From Candidatus Pyrohabitans jungbluthii (GTDB taxonomy: Archaea > Hydrothermarchaeota > Hydrothermarchaeia > Hydrothermarchaeales > BMS3B), in assembly GCA_002010065.2 (NCBI GenBank), contig MTMD02000002.1, forward strand, positions 320,001 through 384,000: a DNA stretch of 64,000 nt. The letters run 5' to 3'. Of the stretch, positions 35,691-45,069 are shown in pieces; the stretch's first letter is position 1; each line of letters begins with the position of its first letter. The notes beneath the pieces are model-generated. The model saw nothing but the letters and a program-made list of their open reading frames with translations, did no database searches and was not told the origin of the DNA. The position numbers were made by a program, and so were the translations under genes.

Positions 35691-36053
35691 ATGGAAAAGG
35701 AGGCTACGATTAAGAAGATGGCTGAGCTGCTGCTGAGCAGGGCTACAATGCTCGCTTACCACTGCCCCAACTGCGGCGCGCCGCTATTCGAGAAGGAAGG
35801 TAAGGTGCTGTGCCCTACCTGCGGCGAGGTCAAGGTGATACGGGAGGGCGAAGAAGCGGAGGGGAAAGAGGAGAGCATCCCTCAGGCTAAGGCAGAGGTT
35901 GAGCCCCAGGAAGGGGATGAGATTCTCCTGGAGAAGAGGAAGGAATTGCTTCTGCGCCTGAAGGAGGAGAAGGATTTAAGGGTTATACTGGATATTCTGG
36001 ATGCGATAAAGCGGATAGATGAGATTATGAAGAGTAAAACTTCAGATAGGTAA
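35691..36053 (+). CDS. UPF0148 / Sjogren autoantigen-like Zn-ribbon protein
   Basis: KMAELLLSRATMLAYHCPNCGAPLF..GKVLCPTC. Confidence 0.85.
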   Translation: MEKEATIKKMAELLLSRATMLAYHCPNCGAPLFEKEGKVLCPTCGEVKVIREGEEAEGKEESIPQAKAEVEPQEGDEILLEKRKELLLRLKEEKDLRVILDILDAIKRIDEIMKSKTSDR

Positions 36054-36122
36054 TATTTAGTAAAATTTAGATTCCAGTAAAAAATAACAGAGGGGACCTG
36101 CTTTTAATAGAAAACTTCTGAA

Positions 36123-36704
36123 TTAGTTAATAAGATCACGCAATCTCTCTATTCTCCTATCTAAAGATTGATAGCTGTTATACTGAACATCCTCGAGGCT
36201 GTGAAGAGGATAGACGCGATTCTCAAGGGCGTCTCCGAATACAAGGTCGCAGAGCAGGGAAACCCTTTCATACCTTCTGCTGAGGAGATAAAAGGTATAG
36301 CCGAGGCAGCCACTTCTTCTCGGGTCATGGTCATGCCAGAAAAAGCCGCCTCCCATTAGAATTTGCTTTGGGGCAAAGCTATTAATAAAATTAAAGAACC
36401 TTCTCCAGCCGAAGAAGCCCACGGGTCTTGGGCTATCAGCAAAGGTTTCCACAAAATAAAACTCTCTCCAAGGAGCAAGTCTGCCGAAATGTTCTGCGCT
36501 TCTCTCAATCTTCCCCTTCTCCTCAAGCACAACAATAGGCCCATTAAACCGGCGCAGAAACTCCGCAAGGTTCCTGTAGTAGTCAGCGAGTAGAGGGCTC
36601 TTCTGAAGGAAGAGGGGGTGCACGAGAATTGCGATATTTTCTGCTCTGCTCGGTGGATAGCCTTTTAGTGAATATATTCCTTTATTGAGCTTAAATAGCC
36701 TCAT
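36123..36704 (-). CDS. Hypothetical protein
   Basis: 193-aa ORF following glyS, with ILVHP and GCL motifs; AT-richer than the flanks. Confidence 0.55.
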   Translation of the reverse strand: MRLFKLNKGIYSLKGYPPSRAENIAILVHPLFLQKSPLLADYYRNLAEFLRRFNGPIVVLEEKGKIERSAEHFGRLAPWREFYFVETFADSPRPVGFFGWRRFFNFINSFAPKQILMGGGFFWHDHDPRRSGCLGYTFYLLSRRYERVSLLCDLVFGDALENRVYPLHSLEDVQYNSYQSLDRRIERLRDLIN

Positions 36705-36714
36705 TACGCAGCAC

Positions 36715-38424
36715 CTAAGAGAGCAGCTCTGGGAAGCTCTTTTTCCCCTCTATCAAATCACATAAAATCTCCGCCACTTCGCCTCTTGGTACGCGCACCT
36801 GCTGCGCTGAGTCGCGCTCCCTTATCGTGACCGTCTCATCTTCAAGGGTGTCGAAATCTATGGTTACCGCGAAGGGCACGCCTATCTCGTCCACGCGAGC
36901 ATAGCGCCTGCCTATGGAGTCGCTGGCGTCGTAGAGCGCGAGAATGCCAGCACGTTTAACCTCATCGAATATCTCCCTCGCCACCTTTACAAGCTCCTCG
37001 CGGTTGAGCAGCGGGAACACCGCCGCCTTCACCGGCGCCAGCCTGGGGCTGAGCCTCAGCACGTTCTTGCCCTCTCGCTGGTAGTAGGCGTTTTCAAGCA
37101 CGCAGTAAAAGATGCGGTCAATCCCAAAGCTGGGCTCAATAACGTGGGGGATGAACTTCTCACCGGTTATCGTCTCCTCCACCTCTTTTACCTCAGCGTG
37201 CTCCCGCGTAATGGTCACCTTCTCTTCAGCGACGCTAATCTCAACGCTACCCTGCTCGGCGAAGCGCTCCACTTCGCTCTCGGGAAGCTCCTTCAGTGCC
37301 TCCGCAACCTTCCCCGCGAGGCGCTTAAACTCGGGCCCGAGCTTTGACATTTTCGGCTCTAGCACAAGGCGCCTGCGCTTGATTGGCTCGGGAAACTGAC
37401 GAAAGGCGCGCAGCTCAACGCCACTGTGCTTTTCGTGCGCCTTTAAGTCGTAATCTGTTCTGTCAGCTATACCCACTACCTCAATCCAGCCGAAACGTTG
37501 CGTTCGCACCTCAGCGTCCCAGCAGTCAGCGGCGTAGTGAGCCATCTCCTCGCGGAGGTGCTGCCTGAAGCGCAGCTTTTCGTAGGGTATCCCCAGCTCA
37601 AGCAAGAAGCGCTGGGTGTGCACTAGATAATAGCACAGAAACTCATGCTTCACAATGCCGCGCTCTACCGCCTCCCTCGCGGTGAGTTCCACCACATCCT
37701 CCTGTTCCTGAGGCAAGAGCCTGAGCTTCTCCTCGGCGTAGCGTGAGAAGTTGGGGTGCGTTTTGTCCTTGGGGTCTATGAATATCTCCACCTCAGCTTG
37801 GGTAAACTCACGCAGACGAATTAAGCCCTGCCTCGGCGAAATCTCGTTTCTGTAAGCTTTGCCTATCTGCGCAACGCCGAAGGGCAGCTTCTTGCGGTAG
37901 AAGGAGTAAAGCCTGGGGAAAAGAATGAACATGCCCTGCGCTGTCTCAGGGCGCAGGTAGCCCACCTTCTTCCTCCCCGGTCCAATGTAGGTCTTGAACA
38001 TAAGGTTATAGCTGTAAACCTCGCTGAGCTTGCCCCCGCAGTCTGGACATCGCAGCTTATGCTCGCGTATAAGCTTATCCAGCTCCTTGAAGCTCAGCCC
38101 GTCGGTTTTTATATCCAGGGCTGCGCTGATCAGATGGTCTGCGCGAAAAGCTGAGCCGCACTTCTCGCAGCTCACCAGAGGGTCGACGAAGTTGCTCACG
38201 TGCCCAGAGGCTATAAACACATCCTCAGGTGAAATCGTGGGAGAGGAAATTTCAAAGAAGCCCTCCTCCACGACGAAGTAGCGACGCCATATATCTTCCA
38301 AGTTCTTCTTCAGCGCCGCCCCGAGAGGCGCGTAGTCATAGAATCCACTAACCCCACCGTAGATCTCATAGCTCGGGTTTATGAAGCCCCTTCTCAGGGC
38401 TATCTCCATTACGTCGCCGCTCAT
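36715..38424 (-). CDS. glyS: Glycine-tRNA ligase (archaeal/eukaryotic type)
   Basis: YEIYGGVSGFYDY, LRPETAQG, RNEISPRQGLIRLREFTQAE, EPSFGIDR, SIGRRYAR.DEIG. Confidence 0.97.
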   Translation of the reverse strand: MSGDVMEIALRRGFINPSYEIYGGVSGFYDYAPLGAALKKNLEDIWRRYFVVEEGFFEISSPTISPEDVFIASGHVSNFVDPLVSCEKCGSAFRADHLISAALDIKTDGLSFKELDKLIREHKLRCPDCGGKLSEVYSYNLMFKTYIGPGRKKVGYLRPETAQGMFILFPRLYSFYRKKLPFGVAQIGKAYRNEISPRQGLIRLREFTQAEVEIFIDPKDKTHPNFSRYAEEKLRLLPQEQEDVVELTAREAVERGIVKHEFLCYYLVHTQRFLLELGIPYEKLRFRQHLREEMAHYAADCWDAEVRTQRFGWIEVVGIADRTDYDLKAHEKHSGVELRAFRQFPEPIKRRRLVLEPKMSKLGPEFKRLAGKVAEALKELPESEVERFAEQGSVEISVAEEKVTITREHAEVKEVEETITGEKFIPHVIEPSFGIDRIFYCVLENAYYQREGKNVLRLSPRLAPVKAAVFPLLNREELVKVAREIFDEVKRAGILALYDASDSIGRRYARVDEIGVPFAVTIDFDTLEDETVTIRERDSAQQVRVPRGEVAEILCDLIEGKKSFPELLS

Positions 38425-38436
38425 GTCCCCAAAAAA

Positions 38437-39270
38437 TTAAAACATAGCCTTCAGAAGGCTTATGTCCTTGACCATGCCTATGAGGTCACCCTCCGCGTTA
38501 ATCACAGGAATCTGCTCTATGCGCTTCTTTGCCATACGCTTGGCACACTCGCTAACGCTTGTGCGCTTTGTCACCGTAACCACGTCCTTCACCATGACAT
38601 CCTTAACCCGCTTATCTGGCAGCTCTAAGCGCTTTTTGGTTATATATATAACGTTCTTTGAATCCCAGCCCCAGCGGTCGCCCTCTGTCCCGCCAGAAAG
38701 CTCTGATTTGTGGGTGCTCTCAGTTATTTCAAAAACCTTAAGCAGGTCGGTGTCGCCGATTATACCAGACATCTTGCCCTCGTTGTCAAGTACAGGCAGA
38801 GCGCGCTCCCCGCTGAGGCGCATTATCTCATACGCCACCTTAAGCGGAGTCTCTTCCCATACTGTGGTAATCTTCGACTCCATATACTTCTCCACGGGCT
38901 CTGAGATGTTCATCTTGGCAATAGCACGCCACACTATATCGCTAACAGTTACTATTCCCACGAGATGAGAGTCGGTAACCACCGGCATTCTCCTGAAATT
39001 CTTCTCCAGAAAAGCGCGAGCCACGTTTTTGATGTCCTCCTCAGGTGTGGTTGTGTGAACCTCTCGCGTCATGAGCAGCGCAAGCTGCCCCTCCTCAGGG
39101 TTCCGCGCAAAATCACTCCTGGTTACTATGCCCATTAATTCTTTAGTACCCCGCTTAACCACGGGTATGCCAGAGATGTTGTGCTTTAACAAAAGCTCCA
39201 GCGCTTCGGAGCTGTTCCCAGGTACTTCAGCATACACTACATTCTCTGTCATTATGTCCTTGACCTTCAC
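38437..39270 (-). CDS. CBS-domain protein (four CBS repeats)
   Basis: VKDIMT, ISGIPVV, RRMPVV, ALPVLD, QIPVI. Confidence 0.9.
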   Translation of the reverse strand: MKVKDIMTENVVYAEVPGNSSEALELLLKHNISGIPVVKRGTKELMGIVTRSDFARNPEEGQLALLMTREVHTTTPEEDIKNVARAFLEKNFRRMPVVTDSHLVGIVTVSDIVWRAIAKMNISEPVEKYMESKITTVWEETPLKVAYEIMRLSGERALPVLDNEGKMSGIIGDTDLLKVFEITESTHKSELSGGTEGDRWGWDSKNVIYITKKRLELPDKRVKDVMVKDVVTVTKRTSVSECAKRMAKKRIEQIPVINAEGDLIGMVKDISLLKAMF

Positions 39271-39288
39271 AGCAGGAGCCTCCTGAAG

Positions 39289-39717
39289 TTACTTATGGAC
39301 AACCATCACCGGGCAAGAAGAAGTTCTCACCACCTTCTCGGCAACACTACCGAGTAAAAACCTATCTAAACCTGTTCTTCCGGCGGTGCCCATAACTATT
39401 AGATCGGCATTTTTCTCCTTCGCGGTCTCTACAATCTCCTCCGCTGGTATGCCCTCTTTGATTATCGTCTCGTACTCCACTCCAAGCTCTTCCGCAAGCT
39501 TTTCCACAGTCTCAAGCGCTTTCTTTCCCTCTTCCTCGAGCAGGACGCGCATACTTTCCCACACAGCCTCGGTGGGTATACCTGCAAAGGCGGAGATATC
39601 TATAACGTACAGTCCGTAAACCTTGGCGTTGAGCGCCTTAGCGAGCTTCACCCCATGCTCCACCGCCTGTTCGGCGATTTCTGAACCATCTGTGGGTATG
39701 AGTATGTTCTTATACAA
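39289..39717 (-). CDS. Universal stress protein
   Basis: ILIPTDGS, DLIVMGTAGRTGLDRFLLGSVAEKVVR. Confidence 0.93.
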   Translation of the reverse strand: MYKNILIPTDGSEIAEQAVEHGVKLAKALNAKVYGLYVIDISAFAGIPTEAVWESMRVLLEEEGKKALETVEKLAEELGVEYETIIKEGIPAEEIVETAKEKNADLIVMGTAGRTGLDRFLLGSVAEKVVRTSSCPVMVVHK

Positions 39718-40804
39718 TTCCGTTACCTCCCAGCAGAGCGTCGCCTTTTACTATGCCTTTAATGTCGCTTATTTCAAACCTATGTACTATTCCTAACACA
39801 GGGTCATATATATAATTATTGTTCCGAAAAATCACAAACGAGGCGGGGTTGCCCTCTTCGATGGCGTTGCTCTCCAGCTTTAACAGCTTCCTTGCGTTAA
39901 GCGTCGCCGCCTTTAGGATTTCCCTGGCGTCCAAGCCATAGTCTCTACTTAACCCGCGGGCAAGCTTAAAGGCGAACTCCATCTCGCGGAGCATGTTTAG
40001 CGAATTTGCCATTGCATTGTCTGTGCCCAGAGCTACGAGGGTACCCTCCAGCATCTCCCTTATCCTAGGCAATCCCACAGCGAAGCTTCCGTTGGCTCGA
40101 GGGCAGAGCACCACCGGCAAGCGCCTGCGCAGTACCTCTTCTATGCTCGCCTCGCTTGCGTTGGTTAAATGCACCACGAAGTCAGGATTAAGCTTCAACA
40201 CCTGCGCCACGTCGTCGCTCACCTCGGCGCAGTGCACTGCAAACAGCTTGCCCATGCGATTGGCAAGGCGGCGCAGCTTGGCGAGCTCCTCCATATTGTA
40301 ATCAGCGACGCTGCTTATGCCGATGCCGTCGCAGTGTTCCAGAAGCTTCTCGGGGGAGTCGCCATTCGGACGCCCGAGCACAACCGCCTCCACAGGCGAA
40401 GCTCTGGCGACGCTTCTCAGCAACTTTACACCTCTCGCTCCACCCTCACGAAAGTCCGCAAAGGTTAGCGTGCCCGAGGCGAGCATCTCCTTAAGCGCCG
40501 ACTTCATCCCCTGCTTAACCTTTTCCTCATCTTTGAGCAGCTCAAACTTCACCCCGCCTTTGCCCACTCGCTCGGAAATGCTTTTGTATGCCGCCACATC
40601 CTTAGCGTAGGCGTCGCCTATGTGGGTGTGCGCGTTGGTAAAGCTGGGACAGATAATCCCTCGCTTTAAGTCAACATAGCCCCTCTTACCAGGGTTGCCC
40701 TCACCCACCTCCGCGATTATCCCATCTTCCACCACAACATAGCCCCGCGTGGGCTCAAGTTCTTCTCCAGCTAAGACTACGGCGTTGCCAAAGATGCGCT
40801 TCAT
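39710..40804 (-). CDS. Amidohydrolase/deaminase-family metalloenzyme
   Basis: NAHTHIGD, DFREGG, HCAE, VHLT, LGTDN. Confidence 0.88.
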   Translation of the reverse strand: MKRIFGNAVVLAGEELEPTRGYVVVEDGIIAEVGEGNPGKRGYVDLKRGIICPSFTNAHTHIGDAYAKDVAAYKSISERVGKGGVKFELLKDEEKVKQGMKSALKEMLASGTLTFADFREGGARGVKLLRSVARASPVEAVVLGRPNGDSPEKLLEHCDGIGISSVADYNMEELAKLRRLANRMGKLFAVHCAEVSDDVAQVLKLNPDFVVHLTNASEASIEEVLRRRLPVVLCPRANGSFAVGLPRIREMLEGTLVALGTDNAMANSLNMLREMEFAFKLARGLSRDYGLDAREILKAATLNARKLLKLESNAIEEGNPASFVIFRNNNYIYDPVLGIVHRFEISDIKGIVKGDALLGGNGIV

Positions 40805-40844
40805 TCCCCAATAATCTTTTATTAACTCACGCAAAGTTTAATTC

Positions 40845-41924
40845 ATGCTGGAGTGGGTGATGCTGAGCTTGGCGCTGATTGGCGCGTTGGCTGCGAGCTA
40901 CACCGACTTGAAGCATGGGATTATCCCGAATAAGCTCACCTTTTCCCTCTTCTTCGCTGGCATCGCTGGCAACGTCGCAATAGCCCTTATCAGCGGCGAC
41001 CACAGCTTGATATTCGACCTCGGCAAGGCGATTCTCGCAACCTTCGCCTTAGGCTATGCGCTGTGGCTTCTGGGCGGCATGGCCGCGGGCGACGTAAAGG
41101 AGTTTCTTTTCCTCGCTGCGCTATTGCCCAGGTATCCCGAGGTTCTCAGGAATTACTTCTCCCCGAGCTTGGCGTGGTACCCCTTTCCGTTGAGTGTATT
41201 TATAAACACCTTCGTGGCGATTTTCCCTTTCCTCTTCATCTATGCCTTCGCCATATCCATAAAAAAGAAGGTGAAAATGCGAGAATTTTTAGAGCCCCTG
41301 CTTAAACCCGGGCAGAAGCTGAAAAATGTCTTCTACCTTGCTGGAGCATTTTCGGTTGGCATGCTTCTGGGCAAGGGCATAGCTGCGCTTGGTTTCATAG
41401 TGCTTATTTTCCTGTTAAAGAAGGAGGTATATAGGGTTGCTGCAACCTCCGTGGCACTGCTCCTGGCGATTGCCACCGGCAGCGCTGAACCCCTTGCCAT
41501 ACTCAGGTACTACCTTTTAATAGCGGGTGTGCTCCTCCTTTTTGCCCTCTTCTGGAACAGTCTCAAAATCCTAAGGGCTTCACTTAAGGAAGAGGTTAAA
41601 ATCTCCACCCTCGAAGAGGGCGTAATACCTGCGGAAGAGATTTATATCCGCAACGGCGAAATTATTAGAGAGGAAAAAAGCATCCTTGAAAAAATAAAGG
41701 AGTATGTGAACCCCGGAACCATGAAGAGGGGCACACTTATCGTCGGAACAGCGGCAGCCGGGCTTACAGAACAGCAGATAGCTACGCTCCGCAGGCTGGT
41801 GAGCGAAGGTAAACTCGAGGACAGGATAAAAATTAAAGCGAGGATGCCTTTCGCCCCGGCGATATTCCTTGGGTTGCTCTTAGCCTTGGTATTTGGGGAT
41901 TTAAGCAAAATGGTGAGCTTATGA
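40845..41924 (+). CDS. A24-family prepilin peptidase (EppA-like)
   Basis: SYTDLKHGIIPN, GGMAAGDVK, C-terminal MPFAPAI; extra TM helices; adjacent to pilin genes. Confidence 0.88.
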   Translation: MLEWVMLSLALIGALAASYTDLKHGIIPNKLTFSLFFAGIAGNVAIALISGDHSLIFDLGKAILATFALGYALWLLGGMAAGDVKEFLFLAALLPRYPEVLRNYFSPSLAWYPFPLSVFINTFVAIFPFLFIYAFAISIKKKVKMREFLEPLLKPGQKLKNVFYLAGAFSVGMLLGKGIAALGFIVLIFLLKKEVYRVAATSVALLLAIATGSAEPLAILRYYLLIAGVLLLFALFWNSLKILRASLKEEVKISTLEEGVIPAEEIYIRNGEIIREEKSILEKIKEYVNPGTMKRGTLIVGTAAAGLTEQQIATLRRLVSEGKLEDRIKIKARMPFAPAIFLGLLLALVFGDLSKMVSL

Positions 41925-42463
41925 GAAATAAAGCGCAGATAACCCTTGAGGCGATTCTAATCATAGCCTTTTTCGTTCTAGTGCTTGTAGCGGTCAGCTT
42001 CCCTATGAGCTTTAAGGTCTCTGAGGCAGGGAGAGATGTCTCGAGGGTGCTTGAGATTAGAAACAATCTGGAAAAGGTGGTCTCAGCTATTAAAGTTGTC
42101 CAAGCCCTTGGGCCAGGGGCGGTGCGCACCGTTACCATAACTTCAGATTCAAAGCGCTGGGCACTTGCAACCGGCGACCCAGTAACTGGGTCTTCAATCA
42201 GTTACTGGATAGCGTGGGAAGAAAAGAAGAGAATTCCTGCCGAGCTTGCTTATACCACCACCTTCGACGCATCTCGCCATTTCGGTGGAATGGGAAGGAA
42301 CATCTCGGGCATAAATGCAGATGCTTTTAATTATATCTATTTTGATGGCGATGGCAAAGGCTCCTTTGAGGTGAGGGTTGAAAATACCAACAGTGCAGGA
42401 GTAGAGTCTCGTATCCTCATTTCGAGGAGCGGCAGTACAATAAATATAACTCTTGCCCCGTGA
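41921..42463 (+). CDS. Class III signal peptide (pilin-like) protein
   Basis: MRNKA/QITLE followed by a hydrophobic helix. Confidence 0.82.
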   Translation: MRNKAQITLEAILIIAFFVLVLVAVSFPMSFKVSEAGRDVSRVLEIRNNLEKVVSAIKVVQALGPGAVRTVTITSDSKRWALATGDPVTGSSISYWIAWEEKKRIPAELAYTTTFDASRHFGGMGRNISGINADAFNYIYFDGDGKGSFEVRVENTNSAGVESRILISRSGSTINITLAP

Positions 42464-42473
42464 GGATAGAGAG

Positions 42474-42992
42474 ATGAACAGAAGGGCGCAGATAACTGTT
42501 GAGGCGCTGATAATAATGGGCGCGATACTCCTCATTCTCCTCTCTGTTTCCGTTCCTCTTGCCATTTATTCAGGCCGCTCTGCAAGAGATGTGCAGCATG
42601 CAAGTGATGCGCGCTATGTTGTGGAGGAAATCGCAGCCGTCGCCAACAGCGTATCCAATGAGTACGAAAGGCGAACCTTAACGCTATACGTACCCGGCTA
42701 CACCTCCGCGGGTAAAGATGTGAACGGCTTGCCACTAATAGAAAAAACCACCAGGATAACCACATCCCAGGACGGAGACGCTCTCGTAGCCTATCTCACG
42801 CAGGTGAGGCGGCGTGAGGATGGTAGTGTTGTGCAGAACGACACCTACAACTTTACTGTGGAACTCTATGGAAAGGGCTGGATTATAATGGCAGCTAACG
42901 GCAGCGTCGCGGACATAGTTGAGTCCTCCGGGGCTTGGTACAGCATAAATATTACCCTTAAAAACATAACCTTCTCAAGGGAGGCGTCATGA
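42474..42992 (+). CDS. Class III signal peptide (pilin-like) protein
   Basis: MNRRA/QITVE followed by a hydrophobic helix. Confidence 0.82.
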   Translation: MNRRAQITVEALIIMGAILLILLSVSVPLAIYSGRSARDVQHASDARYVVEEIAAVANSVSNEYERRTLTLYVPGYTSAGKDVNGLPLIEKTTRITTSQDGDALVAYLTQVRRREDGSVVQNDTYNFTVELYGKGWIIMAANGSVADIVESSGAWYSINITLKNITFSREAS

Positions 42993-43474
42993 AAGGACAG
43001 GTTTCCATTGAGGTTGCCCTGATGGCGGGCATGGCAATACTCGTGATTGTGAGCCTTGTCAACATTAACTTTGAAAGGCTCCACATGGCGAGAGAGCTAG
43101 GCGAGGCGGGCGAGGCGAAGATGATAGGCACCATCATCGCAGAGGCGATAAACAATGCCTATGCCAACGGCGAGGGCTTCCAGGTATACCTTTCTCCAGA
43201 GCAGCTGAACTTCACAAGGCTTGGGGAGGTGGAAAAAATGGGTGGTCTCGCAATAATGCTTCCAATAACCATAAACAACTCTGCCAGAGAGGTTGTAATA
43301 AAGAAAAATACGTCAAAGACAGGAGGCAAAGCCTGGAGCATGGCGGTTTCCTTTATACCCAACAATGTCATCCGCATGGACCCGAGTAACGATTATCCTG
43401 AGGTTACAGTGCGCAACAATGGCACAAACATTATTATTTATGCGGATGATACACATATCGATACCGTGAGCTGA
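42989..43474 (+). CDS. Class III signal peptide (pilin-like) protein
   Basis: MKG/QVSIE followed by a hydrophobic helix. Confidence 0.82.
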   Translation: MKGQVSIEVALMAGMAILVIVSLVNINFERLHMARELGEAGEAKMIGTIIAEAINNAYANGEGFQVYLSPEQLNFTRLGEVEKMGGLAIMLPITINNSAREVVIKKNTSKTGGKAWSMAVSFIPNNVIRMDPSNDYPEVTVRNNGTNIIIYADDTHIDTVS

Positions 43475-43479
43475 GGCGC

Positions 43480-43947
43480 ATGATGGCATTAAGGGATAGT
43501 AGGGGACAGGTCTCCCTTGAATTTATAATTCTGGTAGGGGCGATACTGGTAATGGTGGTTGCAGCCTTTCCCTACATAGCCCGTGCGAACGAGCTCAACA
43601 AGGCACTCGCCGCTGCCAGGGACGGCGCCACCTTCGCTGCGGGAATGAGGGGGCTGGGCTATAGGGGTGAGAACGTTGCGGAGATCCCACCCGGTGTTGT
43701 GAAGATAAAAAAGATTGAGATGGTAAATCAAGGAAATTATAGCAACCTTCAGTGGTACCGCTTTGAAATTCACATCTCGGCTCCGAGCTACATAACCAGC
43801 AACAGTACCTACAGGCAGAGTCTTTGCGGGACTGTTACAAATCAGGCGATGCGATATGTTTATTATGCATTTAACGGAGAATGGAAGGACTACTCGCGGG
43901 TAAACACTACATACTACTCCTTCACTGCAGGCTGTGAGTTTGAATGA
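43480..43947 (+). CDS. Class III signal peptide (pilin-like) protein
   Basis: DSRG/QVSLEF; ELNKALAAARDG. Confidence 0.82.
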   Translation: MMALRDSRGQVSLEFIILVGAILVMVVAAFPYIARANELNKALAAARDGATFAAGMRGLGYRGENVAEIPPGVVKIKKIEMVNQGNYSNLQWYRFEIHISAPSYITSNSTYRQSLCGTVTNQAMRYVYYAFNGEWKDYSRVNTTYYSFTAGCEFE

Positions 43948-43958
43948 GGTAGGAAAGC

Positions 43959-44714
43959 ATGGACATTGCCGAAGAAATAGGTGAGCTCACTTTCAGAACT
44001 GCGAGCAAGGTCTACTACCATGCCCTGGGTTTTCTGATAAAGTTCATTCTCTGGCTTCGCAGGCTGCGCGCCTACCTCGGTGAGGTGGAGGTTCGCAGAG
44101 TATATCCCTTTTTTGAAAGAAGAGGTGTGGAATTCCAAGATTATGTCATACTTAAAGCGCAGCTATTCACCTTCCTCTTCTTCATAATTGCAGTGCTATT
44201 TATATTTAATTTTATTAGTTTCGGGACTGCTCTTCCCCTGCTTGTGCTTTCTGGCCTATCATCACTTTTCCAGGCCTTTGGTCAGGTGAAGAAATACTTC
44301 TCCCAGGATTATCCTCCCTACAGGGACTTTTTCCTTGCGTACTTTATAATTACCCTGCTCCTTCTCATATTCAAGGCGCTTATGCCTCGCGTATCGTGGC
44401 GCTACCCGTATATCCACTTCCTCCTGGTTTCGCTGATCGCTGTAGTCGCCTTCTCCGCCTACTTTAGGCATCGCTATGCCCGCGACTACACCTTCGGCAG
44501 GGTGGTAAAGGCAGGAAGCATCGCAAGGGTTAAGGTGAACTACGACATACGCTCTGGTATAAAGCCGGGGGTGCACCTCCTGCCAAATGACGTGAATGCA
44601 AGGGAGGGCGACATTGTAAAGCTCCGCGTGGAGAAAAGCTTTTTTAACCTGCGCGGCAATCGCGTGTCTGAGATCCTAGAGGTGCTGGGTAATGCGGGAT
44701 TACGAGGTGGTTAG
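43959..44714 (+). CDS. DUF2101-like membrane protein
   Basis: Four TM helices; DYPPYRDFF; RYARDYTFGRV; YDIRSGIKPG; pilin-locus context. Confidence 0.7.
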   Translation: MDIAEEIGELTFRTASKVYYHALGFLIKFILWLRRLRAYLGEVEVRRVYPFFERRGVEFQDYVILKAQLFTFLFFIIAVLFIFNFISFGTALPLLVLSGLSSLFQAFGQVKKYFSQDYPPYRDFFLAYFIITLLLLIFKALMPRVSWRYPYIHFLLVSLIAVVAFSAYFRHRYARDYTFGRVVKAGSIARVKVNYDIRSGIKPGVHLLPNDVNAREGDIVKLRVEKSFFNLRGNRVSEILEVLGNAGLRGG

Positions 44715-45069
44715 CCTCTCACTGGCGATATCGACTGTTGGCATACTCCTGCTTTTCTTTGCAGCCAGCATTGCTGAGCCCAGGGAGGTTAGCATAGGCG
44801 AGCTTAGCAGCGCTCACCTGGGCGCCAAAGTAAAGGTTGCTGGAGAGGTGGTGAGGGTTAGGAACCACGATGAGGGGCACGTTTTTCTGCGCGTGAGCGA
44901 CGGTAAAGGTGAGGTGGCAGTACCCCTATTTAAAAAAGTAGCTGAAGGCGTGGACAAGAGCTGCCTCAGAGAAGGCGCAAAAATTGAGCTTATTGGCAGA
45001 GTTGAAGAGTACCGCGGCGAGCTTGAGGTGATACCACGGGAGGGGGATGAGGTACGTTGCTTGACGTAG
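44692..45069 (+). CDS. Membrane-anchored OB-fold protein
   Basis: TM helix, then KVKVAGEV...HVFLRVSDGKGEV...GRVEEYRGELEV. Confidence 0.8.
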   Translation: MRDYEVVSLSLAISTVGILLLFFAASIAEPREVSIGELSSAHLGAKVKVAGEVVRVRNHDEGHVFLRVSDGKGEVAVPLFKKVAEGVDKSCLREGAKIELIGRVEEYRGELEVIPREGDEVRCLT